DNA of 64,000 bases, from IMG/VR virus record IMGVR_UViG_3300025617_000006. The stretch is one strand, 5' to 3'. The notes below the pieces were generated by a model, which worked only from the letters and a program-made list of their open reading frames with translations, had not been told where the DNA came from and did no database searches. The stretch is from a virus. Shown here piece by piece: positions 46,951-58,300 of the stretch. Every line of letters starts with the position of its first letter. Position 1 is the stretch's first letter. Made by a program: the position numbers and the translations under genes.

Positions 46951-47243
46951 TGGCATCAGAATCACCGTGGAGTAAAACAAAAATTAATGCCGCAGGGTAT
47001 TTAGATATTCTTAACATTCGCACAGTGCCGGCAGACAACGACGATGTATTATACGAGATTGAATCGCAATATCATCAGCGTCCTGATCTTTTAGCCTACG
47101 ACATGTACGGCACACCTAAACTATGGTGGGTGTATACACAGCGCAACATGGACACACTTAAAGATCCTGTTTATGATTTTCGAACAGGAGTTTCTATCTA
47201 CATTCCAAAAGGAAGTAGACTTAGAACATTGCTAGGAATTTAA
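46950..47243 (+). CDS. gp53: Baseplate wedge protein (gp53/LysM-like)
   Basis: RPDLLAYDMYGTPKLWWV...N...DP. Confidence 0.8.
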   Translation: MASESPWSKTKINAAGYLDILNIRTVPADNDDVLYEIESQYHQRPDLLAYDMYGTPKLWWVYTQRNMDTLKDPVYDFRTGVSIYIPKGSRLRTLLGI

Positions 47244-47244
47244 T

Positions 47245-49929
47245 ATGGCTGAGAGAAAATTGTATCCCTGGCAAACACCAGAAGGCAAAGCAGAGTACAA
47301 TAACACAGACGGACTGGAGGTTTACGGAGACGATTACAGTAAAGCAGAACCAGTTGGAAATACAAGTTACCCTTATCCTAAACCAGTTATAACTCAGGAT
47401 ACTACCCCCTCAACAAAAATTAATACCAATGCCGATCCTAACAGTGTAGGAGAAAAAGAAAGTAAGGCAAACGACGGTGTTGATGAAATTGAAAAAATAG
47501 TTAACGAAGCCCTTGAAAGGGTTGAAACTTTATATACACCCGACGGCAGAGCATTAACACTACCTTTATCAAACTCTCTAATGGGATATGCAAGTTTTAA
47601 CTACAGAATTGGACTGTATGCGTTATCTGATTCAGAACTTAACGATCCTGATACTTCATATAGAATTAGAGATCCTGAAATTGCAGTACTACGAAGCGGC
47701 GGCGGACTTGGTGACAACAAAGTTACAACCGCTTACGAAGTTAACGGTAAAAAAGTAGAATTCTTTATTAATAACTTAGAAGTTGAAACAGTTATTGCTC
47801 CTACAGCAAATAAAGGAGCAACAAATGCAGTTGGATTTAGATTTGAAATAATTGAGCCTTATAGTATGGGATTGTTTTTACAAGCCCTGCAACTTGCGGC
47901 ATTACAAGCCGGACACAAGAATTATACCGAAGCACCGTTTTTAATCAAAATTGATTTTATTGGTTGGGACCAAAATGGAAACCCTTACATTGTTCCAGAC
48001 GCAAAAAAATTATTACCGTTTAAACTAGTTGGTAGTTCGTTAGAACTTACAGGCGGCGGCAGTATGTATGCTGTTGAAGGAGTTGCATACAATGATGTTG
48101 TACTAACTGACCAGGTTCAGCGCATTCCGGTTGATGTTGAAATTAGGGGAAGAACACTTGAAAAAATGCTTGAAAGTAGTGCCGGTAGTTTAACAACAGC
48201 ACTCAACAAACACATGTCTAAAAAGGCAGTAGACGGTAAAGTAAAAACAGCCGATCAATTCTTTGTTGTATTTCCAAAAAATCGTGCATCAGCCAGCAAC
48301 AAGATAACAGTAACAGAACTAGAACCAGTTGGCGCAAATACACAAAGCGAAGTCGGAACTGATACAAATGTTACATCTGGTCAACGTACCAAAGAAGAGT
48401 ATGAAGCATTATGGAAAGCGATTAGTACTAAAGAAGAATCGGAGTTAACCGAAGAACAATATGCTTATCTTGACAAACAACTTAAATTGGTTTCACAAAC
48501 AGCACTAGGCGAAGAAATAGTTCAAACTCAAACCGGCGAAGCCAATTCAAACAGCCTTGGTAACTCAATAGTATTTGATCCTTCGACTTATGGAGAAACA
48601 CAACAGCCATATGGGCTTGCTGACTTTACATGGGATAAAGAAAAAGGAGTGTGGAACAGAAATAGTGGACAGTTACAAATTGATCCAAGTCTTGGTGTAA
48701 TTAAATTTACTAAAGGCACACGGATACAAGACATTATTACTGAAATGGTTCTTGTTTCAGATTACGGTAAAGACCTTGCCGGAGGACAAGCAGACGATCT
48801 TGGATTTAAAAATTGGTTTAGGATTGATACACAGGTAATGCAAATTTCAGATAACGATGTAGAAGATCAGATCGGCCGCAAACCTAGGATTTACATTTAC
48901 CGTGTAGTTCCGTATAAAGTACACGAATCTAGATTAATTGCTCCTACTAAAAATTCATCTGGAATTGATAAACTTAAAAAGCAAGTGTGCAAGCGTTATG
49001 ATTATATCTACAGCGGACGAAATGACGATATCTTAGATCTTAGTCTTAACATGGACAATACATTCTTTAAAAGTATTTCACCTGGAAACTTCAACAAAAC
49101 CAGCGGCGCCGATGCGGCAAAAAGTGAACAAGAAAAGAAAGAAACTGTCCAAACTAAACCTGGTAATAAAGAAGTGTTAGGTGCAAACTCAGGATCATTA
49201 AACGATTCAGATATGCAAAACACTAAACCTATTTCATCGGGTGCAGTTAGTGCCGACGATGCAAAGATTGATGTTGCACGTAGGTTTAACGAAGCCATTG
49301 TAGGTTCCGACGTTGACATGATTTCAATTGAAATGACAATTATGGGCGATCCGTATTATATTGCAGACAGCGGAGTTGGAAATTATAATTCAGATAATTC
49401 TCAGTTTATCAACCTTAGTGCTGACGGAACAGTTGATTATCAAAACGGTGAAGTTGATGTAGAACTAAACTTTAAAACACCAATTGATTACAGAGATGAC
49501 GGCATTATGGGCTTCCCAAGTGATCAAATCAGTGTTAACCAGTTCAGCGGACTATATCAGGTAATTACAGTATTAAACACATTTTCAGATGGACAATTTA
49601 AACAAGTGCTAGAATTAGTTAGACGAAGTAACCAAACTCCTAACGCTGTAACTGATCAAAGCGATAAGTCAGCAACTGAAGTAGTTGCTGATGACAAAAA
49701 ACTGACTCCTGATCAGACCTCAAAACCAACTGATCAAGAAACACAAATAGCGGCTGGACAAAGTGCGCAAGGAAGGCCCTTTGGAGCAGGACAAGAGAAC
49801 ACTGTGAGAACATCTAAAAAAATAGATAACGGAGTTACTAGAACTACTGTAGAAGTTACTGAAGGCGGCACAGTTGTTCAAAAGAAATCCATAACGCAAA
49901 TTGACGGCAGAGTAGTAGGTGGTTTATAG
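47245..49929 (+). CDS. Probable baseplate hub protein (gp27-like)
   Basis: 894 aa lying between gp53 and gp5; C-terminal IEMTIMGDP...FSGLYQVITVLNTFSDGQFKQVLELVR is typical of hub proteins. Confidence 0.6.
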   Translation: MAERKLYPWQTPEGKAEYNNTDGLEVYGDDYSKAEPVGNTSYPYPKPVITQDTTPSTKINTNADPNSVGEKESKANDGVDEIEKIVNEALERVETLYTPDGRALTLPLSNSLMGYASFNYRIGLYALSDSELNDPDTSYRIRDPEIAVLRSGGGLGDNKVTTAYEVNGKKVEFFINNLEVETVIAPTANKGATNAVGFRFEIIEPYSMGLFLQALQLAALQAGHKNYTEAPFLIKIDFIGWDQNGNPYIVPDAKKLLPFKLVGSSLELTGGGSMYAVEGVAYNDVVLTDQVQRIPVDVEIRGRTLEKMLESSAGSLTTALNKHMSKKAVDGKVKTADQFFVVFPKNRASASNKITVTELEPVGANTQSEVGTDTNVTSGQRTKEEYEALWKAISTKEESELTEEQYAYLDKQLKLVSQTALGEEIVQTQTGEANSNSLGNSIVFDPSTYGETQQPYGLADFTWDKEKGVWNRNSGQLQIDPSLGVIKFTKGTRIQDIITEMVLVSDYGKDLAGGQADDLGFKNWFRIDTQVMQISDNDVEDQIGRKPRIYIYRVVPYKVHESRLIAPTKNSSGIDKLKKQVCKRYDYIYSGRNDDILDLSLNMDNTFFKSISPGNFNKTSGADAAKSEQEKKETVQTKPGNKEVLGANSGSLNDSDMQNTKPISSGAVSADDAKIDVARRFNEAIVGSDVDMISIEMTIMGDPYYIADSGVGNYNSDNSQFINLSADGTVDYQNGEVDVELNFKTPIDYRDDGIMGFPSDQISVNQFSGLYQVITVLNTFSDGQFKQVLELVRRSNQTPNAVTDQSDKSATEVVADDKKLTPDQTSKPTDQETQIAAGQSAQGRPFGAGQENTVRTSKKIDNGVTRTTVEVTEGGTVVQKKSITQIDGRVVGGL

Positions 49930-51423
49930 ATGGCACAAATAACACGCACAGCAGGAACTAACAGTAATTTATATGCTGGACCATATGTTGCTAGGGTAGT
50001 AAGTCACCTTGATCCTAATTATATGGGCGGCCTTGAAGTTGAACTTTTAAAACAAACCGGTAGTTCAAATGATACCGCCGGAGATGGTCAAACATTTAAA
50101 GTTAGATTTTCAAGTCCGTTTTACGGACAAACACCGTATACTGGTGTATCTAAAAATGAAGACTATTCGTATACACAACAGTCATATGGCATGTGGGCAA
50201 TTCCACCCGATGTTGGTTCTAGGGTACTAGTTATCTTTGTTGAAGGACAACCTAACTTAGGTTATTGGATTGGTTGTATTCCAGATAATTACACAAACTT
50301 TACAATTCCTGACAGGGGAGTAGCAACTAGTTACTATAGCGGTACTCCAACAAGGGACGAGCAAGAGGCAATTAACCGAACAGGTAAAGTTGTTGTTGGC
50401 GAAATCAACAAGCAAAATGGTCCAGATAATAAAGGCATTGATCCTACTAAATTTAAAAAACCTATTAACCACGACTGGATGGCAATGCTAGAGAGAGCCG
50501 GACTTTCAATTGACGGCACAAGGGGCCTAACATCGTCTAGTGCAAGAAGAGGCGTGCCTAGTATGGTTACTGGTATTAGCACTCCGGGACCTTACGATAA
50601 ACGCCGAGGTAAGCCAAAAGTAAAATACGGAACTGCCGACGGTGGAACACAAATTCCGTTTAGCCGATTAGGCGGCACAAGTTTAGTATTCGATGACGGC
50701 GACGAAAACTACCTTCGTACCGGACCAGCAACAACGCATCCAAGTGAATACAAAGATGTTGGCATGGGTGAAAAGGGCGGAGATGTTACACGCCCTCACA
50801 ATGAACTAACTAGACTGCGTACTAGAACTGGCCATCAAATATTAATGCACAATACAGAAGATTTAATCTATATTAATCACGGTAGCGGCAATAGTTGGAT
50901 TGAATTAAGTGCAAACGGAAAAATTGATATCTATGCAAAAGATAGCATTAGTGTTCATACCCAAAATGATTTAAACATTACTGCGGATCGAGATATTAAT
51001 ATGCAAGCAGGTAGAAACTTTAACGTTCTTTCCGGCTCAGATGCACAGATAGAAACTGGCGGCTCGTTATCAACGCTTGCCGCAAGCGATACAAAAATTA
51101 CTACCGGTGGGCAAAGTAATATTAGTACAGGTGGCGACCATGTAGAAACAGCAACTAATATTCATATGAATGGTCCTCTTGCTACAGCCGCAACTGGTTT
51201 AAGCACTCATTCGGTACCTGGTGCAGGCGGTTCGCTATCTAAAAGAATGCCTCAGCATGAGCCGTGGCTAAATCACGAAAATGTTGATCCACAGTCGTAT
51301 ACTCCGGTTAATACAGATCGAACTAGCGCAGGCCAAGTACCATTAAAAGGCGATGTTGACACAGTGCCTGACACATTTCAGAAGCGTAATATTTTTGAAA
51401 AACGCACATCTAGTAACGGATAA
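49930..51423 (+). CDS. gp5: Baseplate central spike (gp5/VgrG-like), no lysozyme domain evident
   Basis: OB-fold DPNYMGGLEV...PPDVGSRVLVIF...YWIG; RTRTGHQILM; GNSWIEL..NGKIDIY; beta-helix repeats near the C-terminus. Confidence 0.8.
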   Translation: MAQITRTAGTNSNLYAGPYVARVVSHLDPNYMGGLEVELLKQTGSSNDTAGDGQTFKVRFSSPFYGQTPYTGVSKNEDYSYTQQSYGMWAIPPDVGSRVLVIFVEGQPNLGYWIGCIPDNYTNFTIPDRGVATSYYSGTPTRDEQEAINRTGKVVVGEINKQNGPDNKGIDPTKFKKPINHDWMAMLERAGLSIDGTRGLTSSSARRGVPSMVTGISTPGPYDKRRGKPKVKYGTADGGTQIPFSRLGGTSLVFDDGDENYLRTGPATTHPSEYKDVGMGEKGGDVTRPHNELTRLRTRTGHQILMHNTEDLIYINHGSGNSWIELSANGKIDIYAKDSISVHTQNDLNITADRDINMQAGRNFNVLSGSDAQIETGGSLSTLAASDTKITTGGQSNISTGGDHVETATNIHMNGPLATAATGLSTHSVPGAGGSLSKRMPQHEPWLNHENVDPQSYTPVNTDRTSAGQVPLKGDVDTVPDTFQKRNIFEKRTSSNG

Positions 51424-51431
51424 ATACTGAT

Positions 51432-51878
51432 ATGAGCACGTTAGAGAAAAACACAGTCCAAACAGTTAGGGTCAAAAGCAACTCAACACAGTCAAAACCT
51501 GTAAAGCAATCGGCTTACAGAGGACTTAGTACGGTTAATCCTAGCAACCAACAGTACACTCTGTATGATATTGGATTAATCAAGCAAGACTTGTTAAATC
51601 ACTTCCATATTAGACAGGGCGAAAAACTTGAGAATCCGGAGTTTGGAACAATTATTTGGGACATTTTATTTGAACCAATGACTGAAACTCTTAAAGAAGC
51701 CATTGTAGAAGATGTAACACGAATTATTAATAGTGATCCCCGTATAAATGCTACAAATGTTATTGTAGATCAGTACGAAAGTGGTATTCAAATTGAATGT
51801 GAACTTGCATATCTTCCATATAATATATCGGAACAACTAAAATTAGAATTTGACCAAAGTTCAAGTTTTAACGGTTAA
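51432..51878 (+). CDS. gp25: Baseplate wedge subunit (gp25-like)
   Basis: IKQDLLNHF.IRQGEKLENPEFGTIIWDILFEP...DPR. Confidence 0.88.
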   Translation: MSTLEKNTVQTVRVKSNSTQSKPVKQSAYRGLSTVNPSNQQYTLYDIGLIKQDLLNHFHIRQGEKLENPEFGTIIWDILFEPMTETLKEAIVEDVTRIINSDPRINATNVIVDQYESGIQIECELAYLPYNISEQLKLEFDQSSSFNG

Positions 51879-51935
51879 GGAATTAAGTACCTGGTTTACT
51901 CAATCAAATAAATACTTATAACGAGGAACACATAG

Positions 51936-54900
51936 ATGTCGACAACGGATAGACAAAATAGATTACTACTTTCAGAAGACTGGAAGCGAGTGTATCAAAC
52001 ATTTAGAAACGCAGATTTTAAGTCGTATGACTTTGATAGTCTTCGTAGAACAATGATTGCTTACCTGCGTGAAAACTATCCGGAAGATTTTAACGACTAC
52101 ATTGAATCATCAGAGTATCTTGCACTAATTGATCTTATTGCGTATCTTGGACAAAACCTAGCATTTAGGGTTGATCTTAACTCACGTGAAAACTTCTTAG
52201 AATTAGCCGAACGTCGTGAAAGCGTATTGCGTTTGGCAAGATTACTTTCTTATAATCCAAAGCGTAATCAAGCGTCAAACGGATTGCTTAAATTTGACTC
52301 AGTTAGTACTTCAGAAGATATTGTTGATGCCAATGGTGTTAACCTAGCAGGACAAACAGTATCATGGAACGATCCATCGAATCCGGACTGGGCTGAGCAG
52401 TTTAGAAAAATTTTAAATTCGTCATTGCCTCAAAACGGCATTATTGGACGACCTGTAAAAAAAGCAAACATTGCCGGAATTACAACAGAGCAGTATCGAT
52501 TTAATGCTTCAAACTCAAACATTCCAGTTTACAGTTTTAACAAAAATGTAGGCGAAAAAAATATTGTGTTTGAAGTAACTTCGTCAACCATTGATGAATC
52601 AACTATCTACGAAGAAACACCATTACCAGGTAACAGTTTAGCATTTTTATATAGAGAAGATGGCAAAGGTGCAGGCAGTTCAAATACTGGATACTTTGCA
52701 CACTTTAGACAAGGTGTACTAGATAACGGAAACTTTTCAATTGACAGTCCGATTGAAAATCAGACAGTTGCAATTGATACAGAAAATGTAAACAACTCTG
52801 ATGTGTGGTTATACAAATTAGATTCAAACGGAAATGAAAGCCAGTTGTGGACTAAAGTTGATGCTGTTGAAGGCAACAATATTATCTACAATAGTTTAAA
52901 CAAAAACGAACGTAATGTGTATGCTGTATTAAGTAGAATCGGCGACAGAATTAGTTTAAAGTTTTCCGATGGCACGTTTGGTGCATTGCCTAAAGGTAAC
53001 TTCAGAGTATATTATAGAAAAAGTTTAGGAAGTAAATTTACTGTTACTCCAGACAGCATGACTAATATTAGTGTAAGTGTACCATACATTAGCCGCTCAG
53101 GTACCAATGAAGTTCTTACTGTTAATATGTCTTTAAAATATACTGTTGACAATTCAAGTGCTACTGAAACAACAAGAAGCATCAAACAAAATGCACCGGC
53201 AACATACTATACACAGAATAGAATGGTCACTGGTGAAGATTACAATGTTGCTCCGTTAGCAATTAGTCAAGAAGTTGTAAAAGTTAAAAGTGTTAATAGA
53301 ACAGCAAGTGGTATTTCAAGATACTTTGATTTAATTGATTCAACAGGAAAATATTCAAGTACTAATATCTACGGTAATGATGGTGCAATTTACAAAGAAC
53401 TATCTGATAAAAAGATTTCTTTTTCGTTTAACACCCGTACTGATGTTTCAGGGCGTATTGAAAATGTAATTCAACCGTTGCTAACTAGCCAAGATATAAG
53501 AAACTTTTACTTAGGAGAGTTTCCAAAAATTTCTACAGGCGATCTATCTGCAAGTTGGGTACAACTATCTAATCAAACAAATAATTCAAGTGGATACTTA
53601 ATTGACTCACTTGGTGTAAAATACACTGTTGGTACATTCACAGGAAGTACTTTAAAGTATTTAGAACCAAACTCGATTGTTAAATTTGTTTCACCAACAG
53701 GGTTTTATTTTGATACTAAGAATGATAATAAACTTGTACAAGGTGCGGCAACTGCCCAAGGTGCTGTTACATATATTTGGACTAAAGTAATTAGAGTAAA
53801 CGGTGACGGTACAGAAAATTATGCAGACAACACCGGACCGATTATCTTCAACGACATTATTCCTACAGACGCAATCTTAAACGAAGTTAAACCTAAGTTT
53901 GCAACTAATATTACACCTGATGTTGAAGCACAATTAGCAGATCAAATTTTTGCTTATAAAACTTTTGGATTGCGTTATAGTGTAATTGACAGAGAATGGA
54001 GAATTATTTTTAATAATAATCTTAATATTGGTAATGATTTCAATATGGGTAAAACAGGCGACATCTCTAATCAGAATTTAGATTCTAGTTGGTTGTTACT
54101 TTTTGAAACCGATGGCGAAAAATATACGGTTACATATCGCAGTGTAAGATATGTATTTGAAAGCGATAAAGAAGTTAAATTTTATTATGATGAAACTGAT
54201 AGAATTTATGATAGCCGTACAGGAAAAGTAATTAGAGACAAGGTTAATTTATTATCTATTAACGTAGCACCGGATAGTCCGGAAGCATTAACAGTTGACT
54301 TTCCGTGGCAAATTACTAAAGAATTTAGAGACAGTGAAGGTTACGTAAACAGTAAAAAAGTTGAATTAGGATTTTTTGATTCAGACGACGATGGTGTTAT
54401 TGATAATCCTGAATCGTTTTTACAGTTTGTTGATCCTGCAGAAAATCCAGAAAACAAATTAGTATTTTTAAAAGAACTTATTAGTAATAATAAATCAACT
54501 AATTACGACTACTGCGGCTCAGAAGGTATAACAGTTAGGGCATCTGAAACAGCGATCGGTCCGTTATCAAGTTATGACGATCAAGAAATTTTTTACTTCT
54601 TAGACTCAAACGTGTTTAAGCAATACAATGCAACAACTGCTTCGTTAACATTGCTTACAAACTATAAAGCATACGTTGGTAGAGATAACCTTAAATTCCA
54701 ATATGTTCACAGCGCAGACGAAAACAACAGACTAGATCCTAGTAGTACAAATATTATTGACTCGTATTTGTTAACAAAAACATACGATTCAAGTTTTAGA
54801 AAATACCTAGCAGGAGATGCAAGCACACGGCCTTTGCCTCCTAGTTCAGATGAATTATTCCAAAACTTTGGTAGTGAGATTAACAAAATTAAATCAATTA

Positions 54901-55376
54901 GCGATGAAGTAATTTACCATCCTGTTAAGTATAAAGTACTGTTTGGCAACAAAGCAGACAGTGATTTACAAGCAACATTTAAGATCGTTAAAAATCCAGA
55001 TGTAGTTACAAACGACAATGATATTAAATTACAGGTTATTACGGCTATCAACACTTTCTTTAGTTTAGAATTTTGGGACTTTGGTGATAAGTTTAGTTTT
55101 TCAGAACTATCAACATATATTATGAATACACTTGCACCCAATGTAAGCACAGTAGTACTAGTTCCAAATCAAACTGATAAAGCGTTTGGTAGTTTATATG
55201 AGATTACAACTGAAAGTGACGAGATATTTATTTCGGGGGCAACAGTTGACGATGTAGAAATTATTGATAGTTTAACTGCATCAAGGTTAAAGGCGGCAGG
55301 GTCAGTTGTAACAACAGCAACTACTCAAAACGCCGGAATACAGTCCAGCACAAGTAACGGAGGAAGTACTTACTAA
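51936..55376 (+). CDS. gp6: Baseplate wedge subunit (gp6-like)
   Basis: YDFDSLR, LIDLIAY, ENFLELAERRESVLRLARLLSYNPKR, FSDGTFG, IKQNAP..YYTQNRMVTGEDY. Confidence 0.88.
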   Translation: MSTTDRQNRLLLSEDWKRVYQTFRNADFKSYDFDSLRRTMIAYLRENYPEDFNDYIESSEYLALIDLIAYLGQNLAFRVDLNSRENFLELAERRESVLRLARLLSYNPKRNQASNGLLKFDSVSTSEDIVDANGVNLAGQTVSWNDPSNPDWAEQFRKILNSSLPQNGIIGRPVKKANIAGITTEQYRFNASNSNIPVYSFNKNVGEKNIVFEVTSSTIDESTIYEETPLPGNSLAFLYREDGKGAGSSNTGYFAHFRQGVLDNGNFSIDSPIENQTVAIDTENVNNSDVWLYKLDSNGNESQLWTKVDAVEGNNIIYNSLNKNERNVYAVLSRIGDRISLKFSDGTFGALPKGNFRVYYRKSLGSKFTVTPDSMTNISVSVPYISRSGTNEVLTVNMSLKYTVDNSSATETTRSIKQNAPATYYTQNRMVTGEDYNVAPLAISQEVVKVKSVNRTASGISRYFDLIDSTGKYSSTNIYGNDGAIYKELSDKKISFSFNTRTDVSGRIENVIQPLLTSQDIRNFYLGEFPKISTGDLSASWVQLSNQTNNSSGYLIDSLGVKYTVGTFTGSTLKYLEPNSIVKFVSPTGFYFDTKNDNKLVQGAATAQGAVTYIWTKVIRVNGDGTENYADNTGPIIFNDIIPTDAILNEVKPKFATNITPDVEAQLADQIFAYKTFGLRYSVIDREWRIIFNNNLNIGNDFNMGKTGDISNQNLDSSWLLLFETDGEKYTVTYRSVRYVFESDKEVKFYYDETDRIYDSRTGKVIRDKVNLLSINVAPDSPEALTVDFPWQITKEFRDSEGYVNSKKVELGFFDSDDDGVIDNPESFLQFVDPAENPENKLVFLKELISNNKSTNYDYCGSEGITVRASETAIGPLSSYDDQEIFYFLDSNVFKQYNATTASLTLLTNYKAYVGRDNLKFQYVHSADENNRLDPSSTNIIDSYLLTKTYDSSFRKYLAGDASTRPLPPSSDELFQNFGSEINKIKSISDEVIYHPVKYKVLFGNKADSDLQATFKIVKNPDVVTNDNDIKLQVITAINTFFSLEFWDFGDKFSFSELSTYIMNTLAPNVSTVVLVPNQTDKAFGSLYEITTESDEIFISGATVDDVEIIDSLTASRLKAAGSVVTTATTQNAGIQSSTSNGGSTY

Positions 55377-58300
55377 TGGCTTTTGAAAATGACCAGAATG
55401 AATTTCCAATTCAGCCCAATGGTGAAAATGGCAAACGTACTAGCGTACAACACTTACCTCGTTATTTTAGAACACCAGCAAATAAAAAGTTTTTATCTAG
55501 TACATTAGATCAACTAATCCAACCAGGCGAAGTTGAAAAAGTTAGTTCGTACTTTGGTAGAAATGATGCTAAGGCACGTACAGCAGACGATTCCTACATT
55601 AGTGATGTAAGTTCTGACAGACAAAACTATCAATTAGAACCTGCATTAGTTATTAAAGATGACTTTGATAATGTTTCCTTTTACAAAGATTATAATGATT
55701 ATATTAACCAGTTACGAGCATTTGGTAATACCAATCCTAATCACTCGTTGATTAATGCTCAAGAATATTATTCATGGAACCCGCACATTGATTGGGACAA
55801 GTTTGTAAATTTCCGTGAATATTATTGGCTTCCAGCAGGTCCGCAAGTTTTACCAATTTACGGCCAGACTAAGGAAGTATCTTCGACTTTTAAAGTATCA
55901 ATAGAGGAGAATGACGACAATGTAGCATATAAATTTACGCCAACAGGTTTAACACAAAATCCTACTTTAAAACTCTATAAAGGTCAAACATATATATTTG
56001 AAGTAGACACCCCAGGATATCCTATTGCATTTTCAACTAATAGGTCTTTTACTCCTGGTCAGGCTATTGTTACTGAAACAGTAGAAGGTGTTATTGCTCC
56101 AGGTCAGTTTGAAGCAGAACTATACGATTTCGATGGTTACGATACCGGTGAATACATAGTACAACCAGTTGAAGGCGGCATTGAAGGATTCACAGAAGGA
56201 GATAATATTTCAACACTTTATACTGATGGTGTTGAAGCATCAACTGTATGGGTTGAAAAAGGAACAATCAAATTTACTGTTCCGTTAGATGCCCCAAACA
56301 GACTTTTTTATATCAGTAAAGATGATGTTAATACAAGCGGATTGATTAACATTTACAATATTCTAGAAAATACAGAAATCAATGTAGAAGAAGAAATTTT
56401 ACAAAAGAAAACATACCAAACAAGAAATGATGTTGAGTTATCAAACGGTATGCTAGTAGAATTTTTAGGAGATGTAACTCCTGCAAAATATGCACAAGGA
56501 ACTTGGTATGTTGAAGGAGTTGGCGACTCGATTGAGTTAATTGCTAAATCCGATCTAGAAATTACTGGCACATACAGTGAAAGTAAATTTGTTCCGTTTG
56601 ATAGTGAAAATTTTGACAGAGTACCATTTGGACAAGCACTAAACTTTCCAAGAGACAAAGACTACATTACAATTAACAGATCAGCAATTGACGGTAACCC
56701 TTGGACACGCCATAACAGGTGGTTTCACAAAGACGTTATTGAAAAGGTTGCTAAGGCAAATGATTCACCAGTTAACCTTGATCAAACAGCAAGAGCGTCT
56801 AGGCCTATTATTGAGTTTGAAGGCGGACTTCGCCTTTACAACTTTGGATCTAAATTTAAATCAAACGTTGATCTAGTTGACGATAAAACTACTGATGTCT
56901 TTTCGAACATTGAAGGATCGGTAGGATACAATGTTGATGGAATAAATCTAACAGACGGGTTGCGTGTATTATTTACAGCAGATCCGGACGAGCGTGTGAA
57001 TGGAAGAATTTACAAAGTTAAATTCATTGACCATAACGGTTCTAGACAAATTGCATTACAAGACGAAGACGATACTAACCCAACGCTAAATGAAACTGTA
57101 TTAGTCAAAGCCGGCGAGGAAAACACTGGAAAAATTTATTGGTACAACGGTACTACATGGATAAAGGCGCAAGAAAAAGTTAGTGCAAATCAACCACCAT
57201 ACTTTAACTTGTACGATGCCGATGATGAGTCTTTTGATTCGTATCAGTCAACTTCGTTTACTGGTACTAAATTATTTTCTTATAAAGAAGGCACTGGCTC
57301 GGTTGATAGTGTCTTAGGATTTCCATTAACATATAGAAACATTCAAAATAGTGGAGATATTGTTTTTGATTTTAACCTACTAAATGATGTAATTACATAT
57401 CAAGAAGGTCAAGTATCATATACTAAAAAATCAGATACTGCTACATTAAGAAAGTATACAGACCTTGATACTTACGAAAACGAAAGCGGTTGGAAAAAAG
57501 CATTTCAAGAAAGTACACAAAAAGTTGTACGCCAGTATATTGTTTCAGGACAAAAAAATAATTTTGCAGTAGACGTATACAATCGAAGCGGAGACTTAAA
57601 TGAACTCAACGTTACTCTAACAGTAAATAACGAAAGAAGATCAGACTGGGAAATTAATAGAGAAAACGGTATAGCATATATTAGATTTGATAATGATCTA
57701 AACAATGACGATATTGTTGTAATGTTATGTACTAGCGAAGCGAATAAAAACGAAAACGGAAAATATGAATTTCCGATTAACTTACAAAACAATCCGTTAA
57801 ATGAAAATATTGTTGACTTTACTTATGGTGAAGTAAACGATCACGTAAACTCTATTATTGATAATCTTAACACATTTACAGGAAAGTTTCCAGGCTCTAG
57901 TAATTTAAGAGACTTAGGTTCTCTTACAGAATACGGAACTAAATTTGTTCAGCACAGTGGTGCAATTCCTTTAGCAATGTATCACATTACTAATAAAGAT
58001 TTCAACTTAATTAAATCAATGCGATATGCTAGAAAAGAATATGCAAAGTTTAAGCGATCGTTTGTTAGTATTTCTTCAGAACTAGGTATTGACGGAAGTC
58101 CAAGATATGTTGTAGATAAAATTATCGAAGAATGGCAACGTGATAAGTCTAAACAGAGTGCGTTTTATTGGACTGATATGATCGGCTCTGGTGCTAATAA
58201 AACTAGAGAGTTTACAATTGTTGATACAGGAAACAAGTTTTATAGTTTAACATCGCCGTTTAATTTAAGTGACATTTCTGCAAAAGCAGTTTATATCTAC

